Below, piece by piece: positions 21,921 through 31,078 of a stretch of 64,000 bases of DNA. The number at the start of each line of letters is the position of its first letter. Position 1 is the stretch's first letter. The notes under the pieces are model-generated. The model had not been told where the DNA came from and searched no databases. It saw nothing but the letters and a program-made list of their open reading frames with translations. The stretch comes from an uncultured Methylomirabilota bacterium. Lineage in GTDB: Bacteria; Methylomirabilota; Methylomirabilia; Methylomirabilales; 2-02-FULL-66-22. The stretch lies in contig CAWJSJ010000002.1 of the NCBI GenBank assembly GCA_963845565.1, forward strand, positions 2,560,001 to 2,624,000, written 5' to 3'. The translations under genes and the position numbers were made by a program.

Positions 21921-22617
21921 CCGGAGGCTCCGGCGGGGCGACCGCGGGGTCACGCTGCTGGAGGTCCTCATCAGCACCGCCCTGTTTGCCTTCGTCATGG
22001 GCGGCGTGTACCTGCTCTACACCACCATGCTCGGGACGATGAATCGCGGGGAGCTCGCCGCCGATATCCAGCAGAACGCCCGCGTGGGGCTCGGCCGGAT
22101 GGTGCAGGAGATCCAGATGGCCGGCTATGATCCCAGTGGGGCGATCCCGCAGGTCGCCCTGGATCCGAAGGACGCCATCCGGGCGGCGAGTCCGTCCTGC
22201 TTCTCCTTCGTGGCGTACCAGTGGAGCCCGTTGTCCGGTCCGCCGACCGAGGTGAGCTACCAGATTACCTACGATCTCTCCGGGACGACGCTGCGCCGAC
22301 GGGCCGGCGCGTGGGATGCGATCGCGCTGGCATTCGCGGCGGGCGGGGGCGCGCAGCCGCTGGCGGAGAACGTGGATCGACTCGAGTTCACGTACTACGA
22401 CCAGCATGGGCAGACGATCGGCGCGTTACCGTGGGCTTCCACTCATCGGTGCCCGCCGGTGCCCGGGGCGTCGGCGCAGACACTGCCGCAGCTCGACTTC
22501 AAGCAGTTGCGACTGGTGCGGCGTGTCGGCATCACGCTGCGCACACGGGACACGCGGCCGGGCGTGTCGTCCGAATTCTTCACGTTGAGCGCCGATGTGC
22601 ACCTGCGGAATCGCTAG
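21901..22617 (+). CDS. PilW-like minor pilin
   Basis: RG|VTLLEVLIS; QQNARVGLGRMVQEIQMAGY; LAENVDRLEFTYYD; VHLRN. Confidence 0.85.
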   Translation: MCSDRNDRRLRRGDRGVTLLEVLISTALFAFVMGGVYLLYTTMLGTMNRGELAADIQQNARVGLGRMVQEIQMAGYDPSGAIPQVALDPKDAIRAASPSCFSFVAYQWSPLSGPPTEVSYQITYDLSGTTLRRRAGAWDAIALAFAAGGGAQPLAENVDRLEFTYYDQHGQTIGALPWASTHRCPPVPGASAQTLPQLDFKQLRLVRRVGITLRTRDTRPGVSSEFFTLSADVHLRNR

Positions 22618-23809
22618 ACAACCTCGCGGCGCCGCCCTGGTCATCGCCATGATGGTGATGGCGGTGCTGCTCTTGGCGGGCACGACGTTCCTGACGATCT
22701 CGTCCACCGAGAGCCAGATCGCGTGGAACGAGCGGGCGGCCACCCAGGCGTTCCTGGTGGCGGAGGCGGCGCTGGCCCGGGCGGCCGCCCGGTTGAGCGT
22801 CAATCCGTCCTACAGCGGGGAAACGAACATCGCCCTCTCGGGCGGGACGGCGAGCATCACGGTGACCGCGGCCGCGCAGCAGCTGTGTGCGACCAATGTC
22901 GGGCGAGACATCACGACGACCGGGCGCGTGACGGTGCAAGGCGGACCGGCCCAGGCCCAACTCCGCGCGACAGTGGACAAGGTGGCATACCCGATGCGCT
23001 GGGCGGCCTATTCCGCGGTGCGAAACGGTGTCGTCGGCTGGATCAACGATCCGGTCCTCGGAGTCCCGGTCGATCGCACCGACAAAGAAGTCTGGTTGCG
23101 AGAGGGCGGCGCCACCGACAGCTTCCATTCGAGCGTCGGACCGTACGATCCCACCGCCAACCGGGCGGATGGAGGGGGTCTTGGCTCCAATGGGGACGTA
23201 TGGCTGAATCCGAACGTGAGAATTCGAGGGGACATCAAGGCCGGGGACACGCTGGTCGTGGAATCGGGGGCGAGCGTCACCGGGGTCAGAGGCCAAGGGG
23301 TGTACACCGAGGGATTTCCCACCGTCACGCCGGCCACGGCGCCGACAACGAGTCTCACCGTGGCGGCAAATGGGACGCAGAACCTCACCGCCGGTGTCTA
23401 CGGCTTCACGACCATGACCCTCGGCGACGACAGCACACTCACGACCAGCGGCGGAATCGTGACCGTTTACGTTGCCGGGCCCGTCGTGGTGGGGAACCGG
23501 GTGACCCTGGGCACGCATCCGGCCACCAACCTTCGCCTCATCGTCAAGAGTGACGGCGGCGACTCGGACTTCACCTCCTTCAAGACCGGAGAGGACTTCA
23601 CGCTGCACGGGAGTCTCTACGGCAGGAATACGGACGTGTTTCTGGGGGATCGCGCCACCATCTTTGGGGCGGTCGTCTCCCGGACGATCGCCGTGGGGTC
23701 GTCGTCGAATCTGCACTACGACGAAGCGATTTCCAGCCAACCGCTGTGCACGGGGCCGAGCGGGAAATACGGGATGCTCCGAGGCACCTGGCGTGAGGTG
23801 ATCCCGTGA
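22595..23809 (+). CDS. PilX-like minor pilin with large beta-rich C-terminal domain
   Basis: RG|AALVIAMMVMAVLLL without Glu5; AFLVAEAAL; ends TWREVIP. Confidence 0.82.
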   Translation: MCTCGIARQPRGAALVIAMMVMAVLLLAGTTFLTISSTESQIAWNERAATQAFLVAEAALARAAARLSVNPSYSGETNIALSGGTASITVTAAAQQLCATNVGRDITTTGRVTVQGGPAQAQLRATVDKVAYPMRWAAYSAVRNGVVGWINDPVLGVPVDRTDKEVWLREGGATDSFHSSVGPYDPTANRADGGGLGSNGDVWLNPNVRIRGDIKAGDTLVVESGASVTGVRGQGVYTEGFPTVTPATAPTTSLTVAANGTQNLTAGVYGFTTMTLGDDSTLTTSGGIVTVYVAGPVVVGNRVTLGTHPATNLRLIVKSDGGDSDFTSFKTGEDFTLHGSLYGRNTDVFLGDRATIFGAVVSRTIAVGSSSNLHYDEAISSQPLCTGPSGKYGMLRGTWREVIP

Positions 23810-23896
23810 CGATTGCCCCCGGTCCGGCGCGATTTCCACGCGAAGCGGGTTCCGTTCATCCGAAACGGGTCCGCCACCGTCGGCCGGCGCATGAGG

Positions 23897-23912
23897 TGGC
23901 ATAGTCCATGCA
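23897..23912 (+). promoter_or_regulatory. Possible sigma54 (-24/-12) site
   Basis: TGGCATAGTCCATGCA, GG-N10-GC spacing. Confidence 0.35.
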
Positions 23913-24180
23913 TTTTTTGCGGGAGTTGCAACGGATCGCTTTGAGGGTGCCTGAGGTTCGATGCGAAACAGACATGGACTGCAGCCTTTCGGGACGGCAT
24001 CAGAGCCGCGGAAAAACCTGCAGATCGGCGCGGACCTCAGGACAGGAATTGCCTCTTTTGTCGGATTCTTTTGCCGCCGAGAGCGGAGTGAGTTGATGCG
24101 GAAATGGCACGGCGGCACTGAAAGAATGACAGGCGGGACCCGGAATGGCTCCCTGGGACCTTGGACTGGACGAGGCAATC

Positions 24181-24224
24181 TAAAAAAAGTTTTTCTTGAC
24201 AAATCAACATGTTGTCGGTAAATG
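24181..24224 (+). promoter_or_regulatory. Putative sigma70 promoter of pilMNOPQ with UP-like tract and spacer palindrome
   Basis: A/T tract, TTGACA (24196-24201), CAACATGTTG palindrome (24205-24214), TAAATG at 17-nt spacing. Confidence 0.55.
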
Positions 24225-24279
24225 GCAGCGTATCTGATAAGGCAGCGAACGTAACTGTCCCATAGAAAAGGACGCAACC

Positions 24280-25341
24280 ATGTTTGGCCTTGGGCGGAGT
24301 ACGAATGCGGTTGGCCTGGACATCGGTGCCAGCTCCGTCAAAGCGGTGCAGATCAAACGGAGCCGGGGGGCGAACGAGTTGGTTCGACTGGGCGTGGCCC
24401 CGCTTCATCCGGAGACTATTGTTGACGGCGTCATCATGGACTCCGGAACGGTCATCTCGGCGATCCAACAGATTTTCACCGAGAACCAGATCAAGACCAA
24501 GGATGTGGTCGTGGCCGTGTCGGGCCACTCGGTGATCGTCAAAAAAGTCCGGATCACCAAGATGAAACCCGAGGAGCTGGAAGAGGCGATTCCCTTCGAG
24601 GCCGAGCAATACGTGCCCTACGCCATCGAGGACGTCAACCTGGATTTCCAGGTCTTGGGGAACACTGATCCCGGTTCGCCCGACATGGACGTCCTGTTGG
24701 TGGCGGTGAAGAAGGACATCATCAACGACTACCTGTCCATCATCTCGACGGCGGGTCTCAATGCCGTGGTGGTGGACGTCGATGCGTTCGCACTCGAGAA
24801 CGCCTTCGAGCTGTCCTACGAGCTGGATCGGGATCAAGTAGTCGGCCTGGTCAATCTGGGCGCCGCGGTGATGAACATCAACATCCTGCAGGGCGGATTC
24901 TCGGAGTTTACCCGGGATTCCCCGCTTGGCGGCAACCGGTACACGGAGTCGATTCAAAAGATGCTCGGGCTGAGCTACGAGCAGGCGGAAATGCTGAAGC
25001 TCGGGGGGGACGTTGACGGGCGAACGTTCCAGGATGCGCAGCCGGCCATCGACATGGTCAACGCCGAGGTGGCGGGCGAGATCCGGCGTTCCTTCGACTT
25101 CTTCCGGTCCTCGTCGCACAGCGACACGATTCATCGGGTCATCCTGAGCGGCGGGTGCGCGAGGCTCCCCGGCTTGGTGGAGTACCTCTCGGAGAATCTC
25201 GAGATCTCCTTCGAGGTCGCCAATCCGTTGCGCAAGATCAAGGCCGATCCGAAGAAATTCAACCCCGAGCAACTCGAGATGATCGCTCCCCAGTTGGCGG
25301 TCAGCGTGGGGTTGGCCCTCCGGCAGGCTGGAGACAAGTAA
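24280..25341 (+). CDS. pilM: Type IV pilus assembly protein PilM
   Basis: VGLDIGASSVK actin-like motif, EAEQYVPY, LSGGCA, AVSVGLALR. Confidence 0.97.
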   Translation: MFGLGRSTNAVGLDIGASSVKAVQIKRSRGANELVRLGVAPLHPETIVDGVIMDSGTVISAIQQIFTENQIKTKDVVVAVSGHSVIVKKVRITKMKPEELEEAIPFEAEQYVPYAIEDVNLDFQVLGNTDPGSPDMDVLLVAVKKDIINDYLSIISTAGLNAVVVDVDAFALENAFELSYELDRDQVVGLVNLGAAVMNINILQGGFSEFTRDSPLGGNRYTESIQKMLGLSYEQAEMLKLGGDVDGRTFQDAQPAIDMVNAEVAGEIRRSFDFFRSSSHSDTIHRVILSGGCARLPGLVEYLSENLEISFEVANPLRKIKADPKKFNPEQLEMIAPQLAVSVGLALRQAGDK

Positions 25342-25342
25342 C

Positions 25343-25891
25343 ATGATCAAGATCAATCTCCTCCCGCGCGAAGAGCGGAAACGGCGCACCCAGGTCAGTC
25401 CTGCCGTCCTGTTGGGAGTCCTGGGCGCGGTGGTCGTCGTCCTGGCGATGGGGTACGGGTGGTACTGGTTGAACGGCGAAGTGAATCGGCTCCAGTCGGA
25501 CATCCAGGCGACCCAGGCCGAGCTGAGGCGCTTCGAGGAGCTGGCCAAGCAGGTGGACAAGTTCCAGGCAGAGAAGAAACGCCTCGAAGAGAAGATCAAG
25601 GTCATCGAGACGCTGGTGGTGGCTCAGGGCGGCCCGGTCCGGCTGCTGGACGAGGTGAGTAAAGCCCTGCCGAACGAGGTCTGGTTGACGACCTTCAACC
25701 GGGTGGGCAAGCGGCTGGAGATCGGGGGGATCGCCTTCTCCAACTTCAGCGTGGCCAATTTCATGACCAACCTGGGGGCGTCCGCGCTGATTGCGAACGT
25801 TGACCTGGTCGTGTCGGAGAAGGCCGTGGTGGAGCAGGTTCCCGTGGAGCGGTTCAACATCACGATGGACGTCAAAGACGGCAAGGGCTAG
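25343..25891 (+). CDS. pilN: Type IV pilus assembly protein PilN
   Basis: MIKINLLP motif, TM helix, coiled coil, LPNEVWLT. Confidence 0.95.
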   Translation: MIKINLLPREERKRRTQVSPAVLLGVLGAVVVVLAMGYGWYWLNGEVNRLQSDIQATQAELRRFEELAKQVDKFQAEKKRLEEKIKVIETLVVAQGGPVRLLDEVSKALPNEVWLTTFNRVGKRLEIGGIAFSNFSVANFMTNLGASALIANVDLVVSEKAVVEQVPVERFNITMDVKDGKG

Positions 25892-25904
25892 ACCGGAGGG
25901 AACC

Positions 25905-26513
25905 ATGGCCCTCGATTTCAAGAGCTACTTCGGCAACATTCCCAGGAGACAGCTCTATCTCCTGATCGGCGTCGTGGGGGGCGGCATCCTGGCGGCATAT
26001 GCCTATTTCCTCATAATGCCGCTCTGGGAAGAAAAGGGCAAACACGAAGCCGCGCTCCAGAAGCTGCAAGCCGACCTGCAGCAGAAGCAGCTCATCGCGG
26101 CCAATCGGCCCAAACTGGAAGCGGAGATCAAGGCACTGGAGAAGCAACTGGCAGACGCCTTGGTTCGGTTGCCGGAAGAGAAAGACATTCCCAAGTTGTT
26201 GACCCAAGTGAACACGCTGGGTCAGCAGAACGGGCTCGATTTCCTCCTCTTCCGCCCGACCGCGCCGGTCAAGAAGGGGTTCTATGCCGAGGTGCCCATC
26301 GAGATGCGCGTTGAGGCGACCTACCATACCCTGGGCAGTTTCCTGGACCGGGTGAGCAAGCTCGAGCGCATCGTGAACGTCTCGGATATCAAGATCGCTC
26401 CCTTGGCGGCGAGCCAGGTTCAGCGCAGCGGCCGAAGCGTCGTGGCCGAGCTGAAGGCGACGACGTTCACGTTCCTGGAGAAGGGAGGGTCTGCCAGTGC
26501 GCCCGCGAAATAG
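25905..26513 (+). CDS. pilO: Type IV pilus assembly protein PilO
   Basis: LPEEKDIPKLL, FYAEVPI, YHTLGSFLDRVSKLERIV. Confidence 0.95.
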   Translation: MALDFKSYFGNIPRRQLYLLIGVVGGGILAAYAYFLIMPLWEEKGKHEAALQKLQADLQQKQLIAANRPKLEAEIKALEKQLADALVRLPEEKDIPKLLTQVNTLGQQNGLDFLLFRPTAPVKKGFYAEVPIEMRVEATYHTLGSFLDRVSKLERIVNVSDIKIAPLAASQVQRSGRSVVAELKATTFTFLEKGGSASAPAK

Positions 26514-27012
26514 ACAGACCGTCCTCGGTGTGTTCGCCCTGCTGGTGCTGGTCGGCGTGAGCGTCAGCGGATGCTCGGACAGCGGCACCCCCAGCGTACC
26601 AGGTCCGTCACGTCCGGCCCCGGCAGCGGCCGCCAAGCCTGCGGCACCCGCGCCGCCCCCGGCACCCGCGCCGCCCCCCTTCAGCTACGAGGCCAAAGGG
26701 CGTCGCGACCCCTTCCGTCCTTTGATCGCGCCGCGAACCGAGGTGGTTCGCACCCGTCCCAAGACCGGGCTGGCGGCGCTGGAACCCAAGGAACTGAAGC
26801 TGACCGGAATCATTTGGGGTGGGCGTGGTTTTTACGCGCTGGTGGAGGCGCCCAACGGGGCAGGGTATGTCGTTCGCGTGAATGATGTGGTTGGGGAGAA
26901 CGCTCGCGTGGCCAAGATCACGTCGGATGTGGTGACCTTCGAGGAGCGGATGGGTCCTGTGCCGCAGTCTCAGGCACGTCTCGTCGAGCTTCGGCTCAGG
27001 AAGGAGGAATAG
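26497..27012 (+). CDS. pilP: Type IV pilus lipoprotein PilP
   Basis: Lipobox VSGC, RRDPFRP, LKLTGIIW, ALVEAPNG. Confidence 0.92.
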   Translation: MRPRNRQTVLGVFALLVLVGVSVSGCSDSGTPSVPGPSRPAPAAAAKPAAPAPPPAPAPPPFSYEAKGRRDPFRPLIAPRTEVVRTRPKTGLAALEPKELKLTGIIWGGRGFYALVEAPNGAGYVVRVNDVVGENARVAKITSDVVTFEERMGPVPQSQARLVELRLRKEE

Positions 27013-27015
27013 GGC

Positions 27016-29628
27016 ATGGACGTGCGGTTGCCCGCTGTTCTGCTCTGGCGCGGCCCTGTCCTCGCGGCAGCGGCTTGGATGCTGACGGCCTGCGCTACCG
27101 AGATGGGGGAATTGCAACCACCGCCGGCGACCCCCGTGGTCGCCGCACCCGCACCGGCCGCACCGGCTCCGGTCGCCCTGCCGGCGCCGCCGCCGCCCAT
27201 GGTGGCCAGCCCGCCGCCTCCGCCGCCGGCCCCCGTGCCGGCGCCTGCCCTGCCCGCACCGGCTCCGGTCGCCCTGCCGGCGCCGCCGCCGCCCATGGTG
27301 GCCAGCCCGCCGCCTCCGCCGCCGGCCCCCCCGCCGGCGCCGATTGCCGCACCCGCACCGCCGCCGGCCCCAGCGCGCGGGGCCATCGAAGTGACGGGAG
27401 TCGAGGTGCAGGAGTCCGGACCGACCGGCGTCGTGGTGCTGGTAAGCGGCGACGGACCGATTTCAACGTACGAGTCCTTCGCGCTGCCCGACCCACCGCG
27501 GCTGGTCGTGGATATTCCCAACGCGGTGCATGCCATTTCGCAGCCGATTTCCGCCCGGCCCCCGCTGGTGTCGGCCGTCCGGTCCTCGCAGTATCGGGAG
27601 CGGCCGGTGCAGATCGTGCGGATTGTGATGGATCTCCGCTCGGCGCTTCCGTACCGTATCGTGACGGCGCAGAATCAATTGCGGGTCGATCTGGGCGGCG
27701 CGGCGGAAGGCACGGCCGCAGCCCCCGCCCCGGAAACGAAGGCGACGCCGGTTGTGGCTGCGCCGCCCGTGGCGCCGGCCAAGGCCGCGCCGGTCGCGAC
27801 GACGGCCCCGAGTGTCCCCCGGGCTGCCGGGAAGGTGACGCGGGTTGACGTGCAGAGCGTCCGAGGCCGACAGCAGATCGCGATCCGCACCAGCGGCCCG
27901 GTGACGTACGCGGTCGCGGAGAACACGAATCCCCTCGGCATTGCCGTGGACGTGAACGGTGCGATGATCGAGCCGGCGGCGGCCCGAACCGTCGACCTGG
28001 GGCAGGTCAGTTCGCCCATCAGTCGGCTACGGGCCTCGCAATATCAGACCGACCCCGCCCCGACAGTCCGTGTCGTGGCGGATCTGCGCGGACCGGCGCG
28101 ATATGACGTCCGGCAGACACCGTCCGCCATCGTCGTCGATTTCCTGAATCCCGCGCGACCGGCCAGCGCCCCCGCGCCGGCGCCTGTGCCGATGCCCGCC
28201 CCCGTCGTGGTGGCGCAAGCCGCCCCGCCGGCCGCACCTGCGGTTGCCACCCCGCCGATGCCCGCCCCCGTCGTGGTGGCGCAAGCCGCCCCGCCGGCCG
28301 CACCGGGCACGGGCAGGCTGTCGATGGATTTCCGGGATGCGGACATCAATAACCTGCTCCGCATCATCGCGGAAGTGAGCGGCATGAACGTCGTAGCCGG
28401 CGGCGATGTCACGGGAAAGGTGACCGTGCGGCTGGTGAACGTCGAGTGGCAGCAGGCCTTGGACGTCATCCTGCGGATCAACGGGATGGGGTACGAGATC
28501 GACGGCAACATCATCCGCGTCGCTCCGCAAGCCAAGCTGGCGGCCGAACAGCGTTCCCGGGAAGAAGCGCGGGCCCGGGAGCAGAAAGCCAAGGAGGATG
28601 CCCTCAAGGCGGAACGGGAGCAGAAGCGAGAGCAGGTCCAACTGGAACCGCTGAAGGATGAGGTCATCGCGGTCAACTACGCCAAGGCCGCCGATGTCGT
28701 CAAGAACCTCGACCGCCTCAAGACGCCCGGGCGCCCGGACGCCAGCCTGGTGGTGGACGACCGGACGAACAAGCTGATCCTCCGGGAGACGCCGGCGACT
28801 CTGGTGCGGATGAAAGATCTGTTGCGGGAATTGGACCGGGCGACCCCGCAGGTCCTGATCGAGGCTCGTCTGGTGGAAGCGACCCGGAACTTCGCGCAGA
28901 GCCTCGGCGTCGAGTGGGGATTCAACGCGAACATGACGATGTCCAGCCTTCAGAGCCCTCAGCCGGTCAGCCTCTTCACGTCGCCGGTGGGAACGCCTCT
29001 CGCCATTCCGGCGGCGACCGGGGCCATCCCGCTCGCGATTTCCATGCCGGCCACGTCGCCGACGGCCTCCGTCGGGCTCATCGCCAACAGCCTCTTCAGT
29101 AACCGGCTGGCCCTGGGCGCGCGAATCTCGGCGGGCGAGAGCGAGAACAAGGTCCGCACCCTGTCCTCGCCCAAGGTCGCCACCATGGATAACCAGGAAG
29201 CCGAGATCAAGCAAGGGCAGCAGGTTCCCTACACGACGATCGACAGCTCCGGACGCACCGTGGTGGCGTACACGGACGCCTACATTCGGCTCAAGGTGAC
29301 GCCGCACATCACCAACGACAAACGCATCTCGATGAAGGTGGAGGCGGAGCGGTCCTTCCCGGGGGATCGGATCGACTACGCCGGGGGCTTCTCGTTCCCG
29401 ATCAACACCCGCAAGGCCACCACCAACGTCCTGGTCTCCAACGGCTCGACCATCGTGATCGGCGGGTTGCTCCAGTCCGACGAGCGCTGGTCGGAGTCGC
29501 GGATTCCGTGGATCAGCAAAGTCCCGGTTCTGGGATCGCTGTTCAAGAGCACCTCCATCGGCCCCGAAGGGAAGATCGAATTGCTGATCTTCCTGACGCC
29601 GACCATTCTGGAAGAGCCCAAGATCTGA
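27016..29628 (+). CDS. pilQ: Type IV pilus secretin PilQ (lipoprotein-type, AMIN domains)
   Basis: LTAC lipobox, AMIN-like PPRLVVDI, SMDFRDADI, QVLIEARLVE, IPWISKVPVLGSLFK, ELLIFLTPTI. Confidence 0.96.
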   Translation: MDVRLPAVLLWRGPVLAAAAWMLTACATEMGELQPPPATPVVAAPAPAAPAPVALPAPPPPMVASPPPPPPAPVPAPALPAPAPVALPAPPPPMVASPPPPPPAPPPAPIAAPAPPPAPARGAIEVTGVEVQESGPTGVVVLVSGDGPISTYESFALPDPPRLVVDIPNAVHAISQPISARPPLVSAVRSSQYRERPVQIVRIVMDLRSALPYRIVTAQNQLRVDLGGAAEGTAAAPAPETKATPVVAAPPVAPAKAAPVATTAPSVPRAAGKVTRVDVQSVRGRQQIAIRTSGPVTYAVAENTNPLGIAVDVNGAMIEPAAARTVDLGQVSSPISRLRASQYQTDPAPTVRVVADLRGPARYDVRQTPSAIVVDFLNPARPASAPAPAPVPMPAPVVVAQAAPPAAPAVATPPMPAPVVVAQAAPPAAPGTGRLSMDFRDADINNLLRIIAEVSGMNVVAGGDVTGKVTVRLVNVEWQQALDVILRINGMGYEIDGNIIRVAPQAKLAAEQRSREEARAREQKAKEDALKAEREQKREQVQLEPLKDEVIAVNYAKAADVVKNLDRLKTPGRPDASLVVDDRTNKLILRETPATLVRMKDLLRELDRATPQVLIEARLVEATRNFAQSLGVEWGFNANMTMSSLQSPQPVSLFTSPVGTPLAIPAATGAIPLAISMPATSPTASVGLIANSLFSNRLALGARISAGESENKVRTLSSPKVATMDNQEAEIKQGQQVPYTTIDSSGRTVVAYTDAYIRLKVTPHITNDKRISMKVEAERSFPGDRIDYAGGFSFPINTRKATTNVLVSNGSTIVIGGLLQSDERWSESRIPWISKVPVLGSLFKSTSIGPEGKIELLIFLTPTILEEPKI
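27160..27330 (+). repeat. In-frame ~75-bp direct duplication in pilQ (APAPVALPAPPPPMVASPPPPPPAP x2)
   Basis: Identical segments starting at 27160 and 27256. Confidence 0.9.
28189..28304 (+). repeat. In-frame ~50-bp direct duplication in pilQ (PMPAPVVVAQAAPPAAP x2)
   Basis: Identical segments 66 nt apart. Confidence 0.9.
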
Positions 29629-29661
29629 GCGAACGGCAGTCTCACGTTCGGAACGGTTTCC

Positions 29662-29696
29662 GGGAAAACGCACCCCATGGGTGCGTTTTCCCTTTT
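29662..29696 (+). terminator. Intrinsic terminator after pilQ
   Basis: GGGAAAACGCACCC-CAT-GGGTGCGTTTTCCC perfect 14-bp stem followed by TTTT. Confidence 0.85.
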
Positions 29697-29779
29697 GGGC
29701 CGCAACCCGGCGGGGTATGATCCGAGTCACGGCGACTGCCGGATGACGCGGCGCCACGACGCTGAGAACTGAGGGAGAT

Positions 29780-30970
29780 ATGCTACGGTACTTGACGGCC
29801 GGCGAATCCCACGGGCCGGGACTGGTCGCGATCCTGGAAGGGATGCCGTCCCAGGTGCCCGTGGACGCCGCTGACATCAACGTGGACTTGACCCGCCGGA
29901 TGGGCGGGTACGGCCGTGGCGGCCGCATGAAGATCGAGAAAGACGCGGTGCGGATCCTGGGAGGCGTTCGGCACGGGAGGACGCTCGGCAGCCCCATCAG
30001 TCTTCTGATCGAGAATCGCGACTGGGAGAACTGGCAGGAGACCATGGCCGTCGACGCGTCGCCCCCCCCGGGCTCCCCGGGGCGGCCGCCGATGACACGA
30101 CCTCGCCCCGGCCACGCCGACCTCGCCGGCGGCCTCAAGTATGACCACCGGGACCTGCGCAACGTCCTGGAGCGGGCCTCGGCCCGGGAGACGGCGATTC
30201 GGGTGGCCGTGGGGGGTGTGTGCAAGTGTCTGTTGCGTGCATTCGGGGTGCGGGTTCTCGGCCACGTGGTCGAGATGGGCGGGGTACGGGCCGCCACCGA
30301 GGGACTGTCCGTCGACGAGATCGCGGAGCAGGCGGACGCCTCGCCCGTGCGGTGTGCGGACCCCATGGCGACCCGGGAGATCATGGCCAAGGTGGATGAG
30401 GCCCAGGCGCGCGGGACGTCGGTCGGCGGGGTGTTCGAGGTGCTGGCGCTGGGCGTCCCCGTGGGTCTGGGGACGCACGTGCATTGGGACCTCCGGCTGG
30501 ACGGGCGACTGGCGCAAGCCCTCATGAGCATCCAGGCGATCAAGGGGGTGGAGATCGGGCCGGCGTTTGAGGTGGCCCGTCGGTTCGGATGCGACGTGCA
30601 GGACGAGATCTACTATCGGACGCCGGACGAAGACGCCCCCGGCCGTTCGGGGTATTTCCGAAAGACGAACTTTGCCGGGGGACTCGAGGGCGGCGTGACC
30701 ACCGGCCAACCCATTGTCGTGCGGGCCGCCATGAAGCCGATCTCGACGCAGTACCAGCCGCTGACGTCCGTGGATATCGTCACCAAGGAGGCGAGTCGGG
30801 CGGGTGTGGAGCGGACCGATATTACCGCGGTGCCGGCCGCCGCGGTGGTGGGAGAGGCCGTGGTGGCCTTCGAGATCGCCCGCGCCTTGCAGGAAAAGTG
30901 CGGCGGGGACAGCCTGGCGGAGATGCGCCGAAACTTCGACGCCTACGTGGCCTACCTCCGCACCGCCTGA
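29780..30970 (+). CDS. aroC: Chorismate synthase
   Basis: TAGESHG, PRPGHADL, ERASARET, AMKPIST. Confidence 0.98.
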   Translation: MLRYLTAGESHGPGLVAILEGMPSQVPVDAADINVDLTRRMGGYGRGGRMKIEKDAVRILGGVRHGRTLGSPISLLIENRDWENWQETMAVDASPPPGSPGRPPMTRPRPGHADLAGGLKYDHRDLRNVLERASARETAIRVAVGGVCKCLLRAFGVRVLGHVVEMGGVRAATEGLSVDEIAEQADASPVRCADPMATREIMAKVDEAQARGTSVGGVFEVLALGVPVGLGTHVHWDLRLDGRLAQALMSIQAIKGVEIGPAFEVARRFGCDVQDEIYYRTPDEDAPGRSGYFRKTNFAGGLEGGVTTGQPIVVRAAMKPISTQYQPLTSVDIVTKEASRAGVERTDITAVPAAAVVGEAVVAFEIARALQEKCGGDSLAEMRRNFDAYVAYLRTA

Positions 30971-31078
30971 GCGATACCGGCGCGACGCCTTCCCGGCCTG
31001 CGGCAGGGGGCTCGCGTGCTCGCCGGAAATCACCCAGCCAAGCGCGATCGCCGCGTTTTCCGGGAGCCGGGGGGATCC

